From assembly GCA_963821255.1 (NCBI GenBank), contig CAWGCX010000006.1, positions 94,343-158,342 on the forward strand: DNA of 64,000 bases, read 5' to 3'. The DNA comes from an uncultured Alphaproteobacteria bacterium. GTDB lineage: Bacteria; Pseudomonadota; Alphaproteobacteria; Rhizobiales; Methyloligellaceae. Every line of letters starts with the position of its first letter. Positions within the stretch are counted from its first letter, which is position 1. This document shows, piece by piece, positions 11,423 to 20,343 of the stretch. The translations under genes and the position numbers were made by a program. Under the pieces are notes generated by a model. That model was given only the letters and a program-made list of their open reading frames with translations, was not told where the DNA came from and did not search any database.

Positions 11423-11695
11423 TTGGCGACCATCTTGCAGTTCCAACCGACCGCGGAGGCCAAGGCCAGGATCGAACGGCCCGCCGAGGGAACGCTCGGG
11501 GAGATCATCATCTTCCCCGGCGTTAGGATCGAGCGCCGCGGCTCGGCGGACGCATCCCGGAGCGCGAGCACGCCAGCCCCGCAGACGGGCTCAGCGCAGC
11601 CGCAAGAAATAGAGATCAGCCTGACTTCGCATAGGGGCCGCAAGAGGCGTGCTGCAGCGCCCGCTCGGCGCGGGCAGCCCCGCTCGGTCCTTTGA
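11423..11695 (+). CDS. Possible small hypothetical protein
   Basis: TTG start 6 nt after GGAGA. ATILQFQP...GEIIIFPGVRIERR resembles small conserved Rhizobiales ORFs. The 3' end overlaps the convergent DUF1254 gene by about 80 nt, so the real stop or frame is doubtful. Confidence 0.3.
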   Translation: MATILQFQPTAEAKARIERPAEGTLGEIIIFPGVRIERRGSADASRSASTPAPQTGSAQPQEIEISLTSHRGRKRRAAAPARRGQPRSVL

Positions 11696-12179
11696 GCGGC
11701 GCCCGGATCAGGGCAACCCCTTCGGCCACCGGAGAATTGACCACCAGCACTTGAGCTGCCCCTTCCGGCGCATCGACTCCCGCCTCGGCCACGGTCTGGT
11801 CACCGGTGGCGATGATGAGATTGATCTCGTCGCGCTTCAGGTCGCCGCCCGCCACCGCATAGAAATTGCTGCCCTCCGGCGTATAGAGCGCGATCATCCA
11901 AAGATCGTCGGAGATCGGCGCCTTGAGGCGCATCGGGCCCGCCGAGAGGTCGTAGCGGCAGAGCGCGTAACGCACATCAGGCGCCATCATGGGCATCACT
12001 TGCCGCCCGGGCTCGGCCGCCGGAAGCTGGATCACGGTGTTGACCGGCCCGAGCCCGATCAGCCGCGCATAGGCGTTGCGCGGCGCCACCATCGGCAGCA
12101 AGAGCACGGCCACGATATGGATCAGCCCGGCAAGCACGAGGCCGAGCGCAATATAAAGGCCTGGCATTCTTATTCGCAT
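11616..12179 (-). CDS. DUF1254 domain membrane protein
   Basis: N-terminal TM helix, then VMPMMAPDVRYALCRYDLSAGPMRLKAP... It is in an operon with the DUF1214 gene upstream. Confidence 0.75.
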   Translation of the reverse strand: MRIRMPGLYIALGLVLAGLIHIVAVLLLPMVAPRNAYARLIGLGPVNTVIQLPAAEPGRQVMPMMAPDVRYALCRYDLSAGPMRLKAPISDDLWMIALYTPEGSNFYAVAGGDLKRDEINLIIATGDQTVAEAGVDAPEGAAQVLVVNSPVAEGVALIRAPLKGPSGAARAERALQHASCGPYAKSG

Positions 12180-12757
12180 GACAGGCGCTCGATCTTGGGA
12201 AGGCGGTCGTTGGCGACGAGGCCGATGCCGGCCGAATCGGTTTCGCGCGGGCCGTAAATGCGCAGCATCAGCACGAGGCTCTGATCGCGCACGCCCGTCG
12301 GCAGCCAGTTCTCGGGGCGCGCGTTGCGAGAGAGGTTGACGCGGAAGCTGCCGTCCGCGCGGCGGAGCGCCTCTTCACTGTTGAAGGCGTAGCGATCCGA
12401 TGCATTAGCGATCAAGCTGCCCTGATCGTCGTACAGCGCGAGCGACCACCAGCGGGCGTTGATCGGGAAGCCGTGGATCGAATAGGTGCAGTGGGAGACG
12501 AGTTGGCGGCCATTGCTGTCGGTGCGCGCCACGAAATAGCGGGCGATGGTCGAGGTGAGCGGCAGCCTTCCGCTCCGCGCAAGATGCGCCTTGGTATACA
12601 GGTCGGCGCTCGGGTTGCCCTCGGCGGTCCAGCCCGCCCAGGGGCCGACCTTCGTGGTGGTGAGGAGAGAGCCGCTCTCGATCATATGCCAGGCCGAGCC
12701 GATGCCGAGCAGAAGCGCCACCACGAACGTCCCGATGAAATAAGCGAGCGAGCGCAT
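12170..12757 (-). CDS. DUF1214 domain membrane protein
   Basis: ATG at 12757 (MRSLAYFIGTFVV...). ARWWSLALYD...NWLPTG...LMLRIYGP motifs. The ORF-track N-terminal extension is Arg/Pro-rich and overlaps the PBP gene tail. Confidence 0.75.
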   Translation of the reverse strand: MRSLAYFIGTFVVALLLGIGSAWHMIESGSLLTTTKVGPWAGWTAEGNPSADLYTKAHLARSGRLPLTSTIARYFVARTDSNGRQLVSHCTYSIHGFPINARWWSLALYDDQGSLIANASDRYAFNSEEALRRADGSFRVNLSRNARPENWLPTGVRDQSLVLMLRIYGPRETDSAGIGLVANDRLPKIERLSCE

Positions 12758-12881
12758 CGAATGCGTGCTCTCGTCCTGCCACAGCAAGGCCCGTGGGGGC
12801 GGGGAGACCGCAGCGGGCGTATGTCTCAGGACGCTGGTCAAGCGGTCACCATCTGTCTCGTGCAAACAGGTCGAAGTCCCA

Positions 12882-15179
12882 CTATTGCGGGACGGGCGCG
12901 TTGTCTCTAGGGCCGGCCGACTGCGCGCTCTGCGCTCCGGCCTGAGGCAGTGGCTCGGCTTCGGCGCCCGGCGCGGTTGAGACGAGGCTCGCTTTCGGCG
13001 CGGCTTCAGCCCGAGGCTTGGGCGCGGGCGCCTCGGCACGGTCGGGCCGCGCGTCGCTCGGGATCAGCGTGCGCGCGTCCTTGAGCAGGCCGCTCAGTGT
13101 CTCGAGGGCCTTGCGCGTCGCCGTCGTCATGTCCTTGACGCTTTCGGGCGGCGGCGCCACCACGGGCGTCTCGGTGCTCGCAGTCTGCGCGCGCGCCGCG
13201 GCAAGCCGCGCGCTCTCGGCGACCTGGATCGGATGCGGCTCGAGCCCGGGAATGGTCGGGATATTGTCGGTGTCGTGCGCCGCCTTCATGTAGGTGCCCC
13301 AGACCTGCGCCGGGTAGCTGCCGCCTGTGACGCGCGACATCGGCGTGAAGTCGTCGTTGCCGACCCAGACGCCCGTGACGTACTGGCCGGTGAAGCCAAT
13401 GAACCAAGCGTCGCGATAGGCCGAGCTCGTTCCGGTCTTGCCAGCCGAATGCGTGTAGTCGAGCTTGGCGGCCTTGCCGGTGCCTTCGGTCACCACGGCC
13501 TGCAGCATGGTGTTGAGCTGCTCGATGACTTTGCGCTCGAAGATCTGCTTGCGCGGCGGCTCATCGCGCTCGTGATTATAGAGCACTTCGCCGGGGAGGG
13601 TGCGGATCTCCTCGATCGCGTAGGGACGCACTTCGAGGCCGCCCGCGGCGAACACCGCGTAGCCGCCGGTATGCTCGAGCGGCGTCATGCCGTTGTCGCC
13701 GAGCGCGAGAGAGCAGGTCTTCTTCAGATGCGTGATGCCCATCTTGGCGAGGTCGGCGAGCACCTTCTCGCGGCCGGCCTGGAGCGAGAGCTTCACCGCG
13801 ATGGTGTTGATCGACTTGGCAAGCGCCATGCGCAAGGTCATGCGGCCCCTGAACCCGCCCGAATAGTTCTTGGGCGACCAGCGTCCGCAACTGACGTAGC
13901 CGTCGCTTAGCACCGAGTTCGGTGAGAAGCCGTTCTGGAGCGCCGTCAGATAGACATAGCCTTTGAACGAGGAGCCGGGCTGGCGGTAGGCGTGGGAGAC
14001 GCGGTTGAACTGGCTCTCGCCATAGTCCTTGCCGCCCACCATGGCCCGCACCGCGCCGTCTAACTCCATCGAGACGAGCGCGCCGTTGTTGAAATTGCGT
14101 GAGCGGCCGTATTGCTTGATCGCATCGACGAGCGCGGTCTCGCCGGCCTTCTGCAGGCCGAGATCGACCGTGGTCCGGGCAACGACGATATGGTTCTGCT
14201 TGCCGTGGAGCAGCCGCTGCACCTCCTCGAAGGCCCAGTCGAGGAAATAGTCAGGCGTGTTCGAGTCGCCGCGCTCGACGATCTTGGCGGGGTTCATGCG
14301 CGCGCCATAGACTTGGCCTTCGCTGAGATAGCCGGCCTCCACCATGTTGGTCAGCACCTCGTTGGCGCGGGCGCGCGACGCGGCGATGTTGATGTGCGGC
14401 GCATAACGCGTCGGCGCCTTGAACATACCGGACAGCATGGCGGCCTCGGCGAGCGTCACGTCGCGGATCGACTTGCCGAAATAATATTGCGCCGCCGCCT
14501 CCACGCCGTACGAGCCGCCGCCGAGATAGGCGCGGTCGAAATAGAGCTTGAGCAGCTCGGGCTTGGTGTAGTGGTTCTCGAGATAGACGGCGATGAAGGC
14601 TTCCTTGACCTTACGGCCGAGCGATCGCTCGGGCGACAGGAACATGTTCTTGGCGAGCTGCTGGGTGATCGAGCTACCGCCCTGCACGACCGCATCGCTC
14701 CGGGCGTTCTCGGCCATGGCGCGGAACGTGCCCATGATGTCGACGCCGAAATGCTCGAAGAAGCGCCGGTCCTCGGTAGCGAGCGTCGCCTTGATCATGT
14801 GATCGGGGATCTGGTTGAGCGGGACCGAGTCGTCGCGGAGCAGGCCGCGCTTGCCGATCTCGTTGCCGTAGCGGTCGAGGAAGGTGACGCTGTACTCGTC
14901 CGACAGGTTGATCTTGCCTTGCGCAACCTCGAAGGAGGGGAGCGCGAAGGCGAGCAGCACGAGCAGCGCGCCCGTGCCGAGGGTGAGGCTTTCGCAGGCG
15001 AGCTCGTTCAGCGCGCGGGGGAAGCCCTTGATCTCGAAGCGGTTGAAGAAGGACGAGTAGCCGGCCCACCAGTCACGGAACCGCGTCCAAGTGGTATAGA
15101 GGCCGGCGTCGATCGAAGAGTCGATCTTTCGCCAGTCGACCAGCTTGGTACGGCGGCTGCCCTGAAGGATGTCCCGCAC
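12882..15179 (-). CDS. Class A penicillin-binding protein (glycosyltransferase + transpeptidase, PBP1A family)
   Basis: GT51 motifs (ATEDRRFFEHFGVD, GGSSITQQLAKN) and transpeptidase motifs (SSFK, SxN region, KTGT). Ala/Pro-rich C-terminal tail and a GTG start. Confidence 0.92.
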   Translation of the reverse strand: MRDILQGSRRTKLVDWRKIDSSIDAGLYTTWTRFRDWWAGYSSFFNRFEIKGFPRALNELACESLTLGTGALLVLLAFALPSFEVAQGKINLSDEYSVTFLDRYGNEIGKRGLLRDDSVPLNQIPDHMIKATLATEDRRFFEHFGVDIMGTFRAMAENARSDAVVQGGSSITQQLAKNMFLSPERSLGRKVKEAFIAVYLENHYTKPELLKLYFDRAYLGGGSYGVEAAAQYYFGKSIRDVTLAEAAMLSGMFKAPTRYAPHINIAASRARANEVLTNMVEAGYLSEGQVYGARMNPAKIVERGDSNTPDYFLDWAFEEVQRLLHGKQNHIVVARTTVDLGLQKAGETALVDAIKQYGRSRNFNNGALVSMELDGAVRAMVGGKDYGESQFNRVSHAYRQPGSSFKGYVYLTALQNGFSPNSVLSDGYVSCGRWSPKNYSGGFRGRMTLRMALAKSINTIAVKLSLQAGREKVLADLAKMGITHLKKTCSLALGDNGMTPLEHTGGYAVFAAGGLEVRPYAIEEIRTLPGEVLYNHERDEPPRKQIFERKVIEQLNTMLQAVVTEGTGKAAKLDYTHSAGKTGTSSAYRDAWFIGFTGQYVTGVWVGNDDFTPMSRVTGGSYPAQVWGTYMKAAHDTDNIPTIPGLEPHPIQVAESARLAAARAQTASTETPVVAPPPESVKDMTTATRKALETLSGLLKDARTLIPSDARPDRAEAPAPKPRAEAAPKASLVSTAPGAEAEPLPQAGAQSAQSAGPRDNAPVPQ

Positions 15180-15434
15180 TTTGGCCCCGACCTTTCACGC
15201 GCAAGAACAGCCCCGGCGGATCGGGCCTCCGATCACGCGCCGGCGCAGCTTTGTCTAACAACGCAATTTATAGCGGGATTGCGGCGTTTTGTAGGGGGTT
15301 CGCAAGGTCCAGCCCGCGAAATGCGTGCCGCTGGCAGCTCGTGGCGGCTCCCACCGCTTGCTCTTCGCGCGGACCCCCGGCAGTTTATACTCTGCCTATA
15401 ACAACGAACTTTGCCTTACGGGAGGAACGACTTC

Positions 15435-15821
15435 ATGCCGAAGATCGCTTTGATCTTCCGATCCGTTTCGAGCGCATTCGCCCTGGCAGCCATCCTGGCG
15501 GCGGGGCCTGCCCTGAGCGCCGAGCCGCCGGCGGCCGAGCCCGATTCTGCCGCGAAGCCGGCCCCCGGGGCCGAGCTCAAGTGCCACGACAAGCCCGTGA
15601 TCGCCCGGGGGCAGGGCTTCGTACCGTCCAAGAAGGATGCCGAGGAGGCGGCGAAGGTGGCCTGGCTTCCCAAGGCGCAGGCTATTTTCGCCGACGCAAG
15701 TTGGGACACGGCGCAGCAGCCGGCCTTCCTCTGCGCCAAGCAGGGGCTCTACATGAACTGCAGGGGCTCGGCGATGCCCTGCGGCACAAGGCCCGGCGTT
15801 TCCGCCGAAACGAAGAACTGA
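15435..15821 (+). CDS. Secreted hypothetical protein
   Basis: GGAGGA lies 8 nt before the ATG. Signal peptide MPKIALIFRSVSSAFALAAILAAGPALSA. Four Cys in the mature part. Confidence 0.6.
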   Translation: MPKIALIFRSVSSAFALAAILAAGPALSAEPPAAEPDSAAKPAPGAELKCHDKPVIARGQGFVPSKKDAEEAAKVAWLPKAQAIFADASWDTAQQPAFLCAKQGLYMNCRGSAMPCGTRPGVSAETKN

Positions 15822-15836
15822 CGGGCTCGCTCATCT

Positions 15837-16124
15837 ATGCACGGACTGCCGCCCATGTCGCGCATACAAATCCTGATGCTCTTAGGGGCTCTGCTCTTAG
15901 CGGAAATGGCGCATGCCGAGCCAGTCGAGCCGGTCGAGCAGGCGGCTCAGGCGAAATGCCAGGTCGCCGAGGTCAATCCGGTGACCGGTCACGTGTTCTG
16001 CATCAAGCCGCAAGGTGCCCCGGTCGAACCGCCGCCCGAGGACATCGCGCCGCCGTGCAACGCTGAAGCCTCGCGCGGGCAATGGAGTTGGGAGCCGACC
16101 TGCAAGCCTGCGCCCAAGGGCTAG
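15837..16124 (+). CDS. Small secreted Cys-containing hypothetical protein
   Basis: Signal-like ...ILMLLGALLLAEMAHA, a Pro-rich mature part with four Cys, and high GC3. Confidence 0.5.
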   Translation: MHGLPPMSRIQILMLLGALLLAEMAHAEPVEPVEQAAQAKCQVAEVNPVTGHVFCIKPQGAPVEPPPEDIAPPCNAEASRGQWSWEPTCKPAPKG

Positions 16125-16179
16125 TTGGGCGCGCACCTGTGGTTAAGCCCTCCCGCTCGCGGTCAAACGAAGCTCGCGG

Positions 16180-16296
16180 TTAGATGAAGAAGAACAGCGT
16201 GAGCGCGATGAGGACGATCAGCACGGCGAGAATCAGCGGCTGATCCTCATCCCTGCCGATATGGGCACCCTTCAGACGGTCGAACGAGTCCGCCAT
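16180..16296 (-). CDS. 38-aa single-pass membrane peptide (below the ORF-track length cutoff)
   Basis: Own translation: MADSFDRLKGAHIGRDEDQPLILAVLIVLIALTLFFFI. GGAGA lies about 7 nt upstream of the ATG, and third codon positions are GC-rich. Confidence 0.4.
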   Translation of the reverse strand: MADSFDRLKGAHIGRDEDQPLILAVLIVLIALTLFFFI

Positions 16297-16508
16297 GAGA
16301 ATTCTCCAGAAGTTGAATTACTTTATGGCAGGAAATCCGGGGGCTCGCGCAAAGTTCCCGATAGGAAAAAAGTCTTGACAGCGTGACGCTCCTCGCTAGG
16401 GTTTGGCTACAACGCGTCAGGTGGGCGAGGACGCCGCCGTCGCTTCGAGGCGCCGCTGATAAGAGCCGGCGCCATTTTTGTTCATGCCCCCGCAAATGAA
16501 AGATCGGA

Positions 16509-17042
16509 ATGTTTCGACGGGCTCCGCCGGATTGGGAGCGCGTGAAGCAGGAGTTCATGTTCTGCACGGACCCACTCGATGTGATCGCCGAGCGGAACGG
16601 CATCGGCCGGGGCGCGTTAACGCGACACGCCAACGCAGCGAACTGGCAGCGCCAGGTCACGACCGTTCAGCGTCCGCGCCGCACGAAGGCCGAGCGCGCT
16701 GAAGCTGCTGCCGAGAGCACGCGGCGTGCGCTCTCGAAGAGCCTCGCTGCGCGCCTCTATCTCGCCATCGACCGCAAGGTCCAGGAGATCGAAATGAGGA
16801 TGCAGCAAGCGGAAGACGAAGGACGGAGCGCAGTGGACGTCGAACGCGACGCCCGAACATTGAGCGCGTTCGCGCGTGTCTATGCGAAGCTCGTCGAGTT
16901 CGACGGCGCCAAGAAGCCCGCAACGGAAAAGCGGGAGACGGAAAGCAAGCCGAGCCCGGCAAGGAGCAGCGAGGATGCGGACCAACTCCGCCGCGATCTT
17001 GCGCGACGCCTTGAGCGGCTTGATCGCGGAGGGGACGCTTAG
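16509..17042 (+). CDS. Hypothetical protein, phage/GTA-associated (possible small-terminase-like or HTH protein)
   Basis: Coding-like codon usage. The N-terminal W..V...F.....L.VIAERNGIGRGALTRHA..ANW looks like an HTH. It lies immediately upstream of, and overlaps, the terminase fragment. Confidence 0.5.
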   Translation: MFRRAPPDWERVKQEFMFCTDPLDVIAERNGIGRGALTRHANAANWQRQVTTVQRPRRTKAERAEAAAESTRRALSKSLAARLYLAIDRKVQEIEMRMQQAEDEGRSAVDVERDARTLSAFARVYAKLVEFDGAKKPATEKRETESKPSPARSSEDADQLRRDLARRLERLDRGGDA

Positions 17043-17562
17043 CCAATTCCTTTCAGGCCTTTCGGCCAACGAGCTAACACGGCTTCATGTTGATTTCGAG
17101 CTTTGGGCGCGCGACGACCAGTTGCCGCCCAAACGCGCGCAAGGCGGCGACGGCGATGGCGTTCTCGCCAAGGACATGGATTTCGTCGCGGCGAAGCATG
17201 TGCTGCGCGCGAAGTGGGGCGCTCGCCCTCGGCTTGCCGCCGATGCTGCTTGGCATCCCGGGGGACAACATATGCGGAAGCGAACCGCACCCTCTGGCGG
17301 CAGACTGTGCTGCCGCTCGTGCAGCGCACCGCCAAGGCACTGTCGGCCTGGCTCGCGCTGGCGTTTGCAGGCGGCAATGCGGGCGCGTCGCAGCTGCGTC
17401 CCGATCTCGATGCGGCTCGAGGCGCTGAGCACGGAGCGCGAGGCGCTCTGGCAGCGCGTGAGGAAATCCGATTTCCTGACGATTAACGAGAAACGCGCGG
17501 CGGTCGGCTACGGCGCCGTGGAAGGTGGGGATAGATTGAGCGGAGTGGCGCCCGAAGGATAG
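16975..17562 (+). pseudogene. Fused remnant: large terminase N-terminus plus HK97-type portal C-terminus (GTA/prophage), with three frame changes
   Basis: The terminase-like LSQFLSGLSANELTRLHVDFELWARDDQLPP is followed directly by portal-like DMDFVAAK / LGLPPMLLGIPGDN / YAEANRTLWRQTVLPLVQRTAKALSAWL / LEALSTEREALWQRV..FLTINEKRAAVGY. These pieces are spread over frames 1, 2, 0 and 1. Confidence 0.75.
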
Positions 17563-17621
17563 GGGCGGGGTGCCGGCCCATGTTAGCGTTCGCCTTCGCA
17601 CGGAATCAGGTGGAGGCAGCC

Positions 17622-17822
17622 ATGGCCATTCAGCTCACCCCCCCGACCAAGAACGTATTCCATCTCTCGGTCTTCTTGGCCCTGATCGCGCTCATTCTTT
17701 ATTTGCTCGGCGTGTTCGGCGTGATCGAGGGCGGCTTCGCCTCCGTCGCGCATTACGCCTTCTGGGTGGCCGTGCTCGGCTGGGTGGTGCTCGTCGTCGG
17801 GGTCGGCGCCAAGGGGCTTTAG
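17622..17822 (+). CDS. Small two-TM membrane protein
   Basis: The ATG at 17622 follows GGTGGAGG. MAIQLTPPTKNVFHLSVFLALIALILYLLGVFG...FWVAVLGWVVLVVGVGAKGL. Confidence 0.55.
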   Translation: MAIQLTPPTKNVFHLSVFLALIALILYLLGVFGVIEGGFASVAHYAFWVAVLGWVVLVVGVGAKGL

Positions 17823-17835
17823 CTTCTTCATCAAC

Positions 17836-17895
17836 GTCATTGCCGGGATTGACCCGGCAATCCACGTTCTTGTCATTGCCCGGCTTGACCCGCCT
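17836..17895. repeat. Family A repeat variant (two tandem arms)
   Basis: cgtcattgccgggattgacccggcaatccacg followed by ttgtcattgcccggcttgacccgcc. Confidence 0.7.
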
Positions 17896-18010
17896 GCGGC
17901 GCTACAGGCCAGGCGTCGTCCCCGCGATGCGCTTCCGGAAAGCGGCCCGCGTGTTCCACATCTTGGGCGTCATCAATCTGGCTCAAATGTTTCTGTGAGG
18001 AGCGCGAGCT

Positions 18011-18344
18011 GTGACGAACGCCAAAGTCAGGGGACTCGCCGCGCTCCAGAATTGGTTCGCCGGCGCGCTTGACGAGCGGGCCGTGAAGGAGGCTTTGCGC
18101 AATGAGGCCGAGGCGCTTGCCGCGGGGGCGCGGGTTGAGGCGCCGGCTGGCCTCGCCCGAGGACCGGCATTGCCTACGCGATAGGCACGCCCGACCCTGC
18201 CGCCCCGCGCTCGAGTTCGGCACGGTGCGGAAGGCCGCTTCGCCTTGGCTCTTGCCGGTTTTCCGGGCACGGCGCGGCGTCGTTAACTACGTCTTACGAA
18301 AAGCGGTCCAGGCTGCTTTCCGGCGCACGCGCCCAGCGGTCTAA
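18011..18344 (+). pseudogene. HK97 gp10-like head-tail protein (GTA g7-like) with two frameshifts
   Basis: N-terminal VTNAKVRGLAALQNWF...ALRNEAEALAAGAR in frame 2, IAYAIGTPDPAAP in frame 1, and ALEFGTVRKAASPWLLPVFRA in frame 0. Confidence 0.65.
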
Positions 18345-18429
18345 TCGCGGAATGGTGATCCGCCGGGGGCCTTTGCATGGCTGAAGGCGCCACCCCATAT
18401 CTTGGTTAACGAGATATTGGAGACTTGCT

Positions 18430-18855
18430 ATGGCGGAAGTTGCCAGTTGGGCACTACAGCGCGGCGTCTATCAGGCGCTGGTCGGATCATCCGTTCTCAC
18501 CACGCTGCTTGGCGGCCCCCGCATCTATGACCACGCGCCGCAGGCGGCTGCCTTTCCCTTCGTGACACTAGGGCAGAGCGTGATCCGCGACTGGAGCACG
18601 GGAACCGAGGACGGCGGCGAGCATGAGCTCACGCTGCATGTCTGGTCGCGCGCGGGCGGCAAGCGCGAGGTGCTTGCGATCGTCGAGGCGATCAAAGCGG
18701 CGCTGCACGACCAGCCGCTTCTGCTCGAGGATCATTACCTCGTCAATCTGCGCCATCAGTTCTCCGAGGCGCGGCTCGATCCAGATGGCGACACCTTCCA
18801 TGGTATCGTGCGCTATCGCGCCGTGACGGAGCCCGCAGTCGCCGAAGCGGCTTAG
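18430..18855 (+). CDS. DUF3168 protein (phage/GTA tail-completion, GTA g8-like), intact
   Basis: ALQRGVYQAL......LLGGPRIYDHAPQAAAFPFVTLG...HELTLHVWSRAGGKRE...HGIVRYRAVTE. Confidence 0.85.
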   Translation: MAEVASWALQRGVYQALVGSSVLTTLLGGPRIYDHAPQAAAFPFVTLGQSVIRDWSTGTEDGGEHELTLHVWSRAGGKREVLAIVEAIKAALHDQPLLLEDHYLVNLRHQFSEARLDPDGDTFHGIVRYRAVTEPAVAEAA

Positions 18856-18880
18856 GGTCTACACTCACTTTACCCACAGT

Positions 18881-18972
18881 CGTCATCGCCGAGCTTGTCC
18901 CGGCCATCCACGTCTTTGCCTGCGGCGTCGCTGAAATTCGTGGATGCCCGGCACAAGGCCGGGCATGACGAG
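18881..18972. repeat. Family A palindromic element (two-arm copy)
   Basis: cgtcatcgccgagcttgtcccggccatccacgtc ... gaaattcgtggatgcccggcacaaggccgggcatgacgag. Confidence 0.85.
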
Positions 18973-19039
18973 TTGGAGAGATCTCGCGCAACCCTCCCGT
19001 GTTGCGCTATAGAGGCTTCTTGCGAAGCAAGGAGCCGCG

Positions 19040-19501
19040 ATGACCATCTGGGCCAAGTTTCAGCAGCTCGTTGACCGCGTCCTTGGGGAAGATGAACGAT
19101 CGCTCGAATTGCGCGAGGAGGAGCTGCGGCTCGCGGCTGCGGCGCTGCTCATCAACGCGGCCTCGGTCGACGGCAAGTTCGAGCCTGAGGAACGCAAGAA
19201 GCTCAAGGCCCTGCTCGAGGCGCGGTTCGGGTTGCACGGCGACGGGCTGAAACAGATCCTCGGCGAAGCGGAGGCGTGGGAACAGGAATCGGTCGACCTT
19301 TACAGCTTCACGAGCGTGCTCGCACGCGAGCTCGACCAGGACGGCCGCAAGCGGATCGTCGAAATGCTATGGGAGGTGGCTTTCGCCGACGGCGTGCTGC
19401 ACGAGTTCGAATCGAATCTCGTCTGGCGCAGCGCCGAGCTGCTCGGCGTCTCCGACCGCGACCGCATCACCCTGCGCAAGGCGGTCGAGAGCAAATTGTA
19501 A
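19040..19501 (+). CDS. TerB-family (tellurite-resistance TerB-like) protein
   Basis: AAAALLINAASVDGKFEPEERKKL...MLWEVAFADGVLHEFESNLVWRSAELLGV. Confidence 0.85.
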   Translation: MTIWAKFQQLVDRVLGEDERSLELREEELRLAAAALLINAASVDGKFEPEERKKLKALLEARFGLHGDGLKQILGEAEAWEQESVDLYSFTSVLARELDQDGRKRIVEMLWEVAFADGVLHEFESNLVWRSAELLGVSDRDRITLRKAVESKL

Positions 19502-19502
19502 G

Positions 19503-19597
19503 TGTCATTCCCGCGCAAGCGCGAATCCAGTAGGCACGGGGCGTCCAGGACTTGAGAGCCCGTCTGCTTACTGGATGCCCGCCTTCGCGGGCATGAC
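19503..19597. repeat. Family A-related palindromic element (divergent variant)
   Basis: gtcattcccgcgcaagcgcgaatccag ... ctggatgcccgccttcgcgggcatgaca. Confidence 0.7.
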
Positions 19598-19611
19598 AAT
19601 AGTCGATGTTA

Positions 19612-19637
19612 GGGCGGCTTCTGCCGCCCTTTTCGTT
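19612..19637 (+). terminator. Rho-independent terminator downstream of the TerB-family gene
   Basis: Stem gggcggc / gccgccc with loop ttct, followed by ttttcgttt. Confidence 0.65.
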
Positions 19638-20010
19638 TGCGCCTTTTTGAACGTGAGGCGGCGTCGCGCCCGCACGCTCTCTTTCAACGCGGCGACCGTC
19701 GACATCACCGACCAGGAATCGGCCGGGCGCTGGCGCGAGCTGCTGGAAGGTGCGGGCTCAAGACCGCGCGCATCACCGCCAGCCGTTTCGTCGGAGGTCG
19801 CGTCCTTGAAGATGCCGGGCCTCGGGCTTGCCGCCCTCGGCGCCAAGCTGGACGAGACGAACGCTCCCGATCCGTTGACAAAGTGCCTGCTAACGCGAAT
19901 AGAAAGGTCGAAAAGCACGTTCATGCGAGGTTCATGCGCGCTCGGTTAACGTCCCGGCCAATAAGGCAAATAGGACAAGAAAAGCAGTGGGACTGAAGGG
20001 TGAGTGGGCA

Positions 20011-20298
20011 ATGAGGCAAGTAGGCATCATGGCGATGGCCGTCGCCATTTTGGCGATGGCGGGAGGGCCGGCTGAGGCCGGCTGCCTCTCGTGGAAACAG
20101 GCGGGGCCGGTTATCGCCAAGAACGGTCTGGTTCCGGCCAACGTCGTCTATGACAGCGTGCAGAAGCGCACCGGCGGCAAGATCGTGCAGGCGAAACTCT
20201 GCGAGGACGGCGGAAGTTTCCGGTACAAGTTCTCGGTGCTCGGGCCGACCGGCGACGTCGTCAAGCTCGACGTTGACGCTAATACCGGGCAGTTCTAG
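20011..20298 (+). CDS. PepSY domain periplasmic protein
   Basis: Signal peptide, then CLSWKQAGPVIAKNGLVPANVVYDSVQKRTGGKIVQAKLCEDGGSFRYKFSVLGPTGDVVKLDVDANTGQ. It lies upstream of an OmpR/HK pair. Confidence 0.8.
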   Translation: MRQVGIMAMAVAILAMAGGPAEAGCLSWKQAGPVIAKNGLVPANVVYDSVQKRTGGKIVQAKLCEDGGSFRYKFSVLGPTGDVVKLDVDANTGQF

Positions 20299-20343
20299 GA
20301 CGACTCGCGGTATCCTTTCCGCGCGTGAGGGGAGGAAGGCGCT

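Noticed and set aside
19640-19990. ORFs of about 118-124 codons on both strands between the TerB-family terminator and the PepSY gene.
   Set aside because: They overlap each other and the terminator or repeat, have no start context, and give low-complexity translations. The region is left unassigned.
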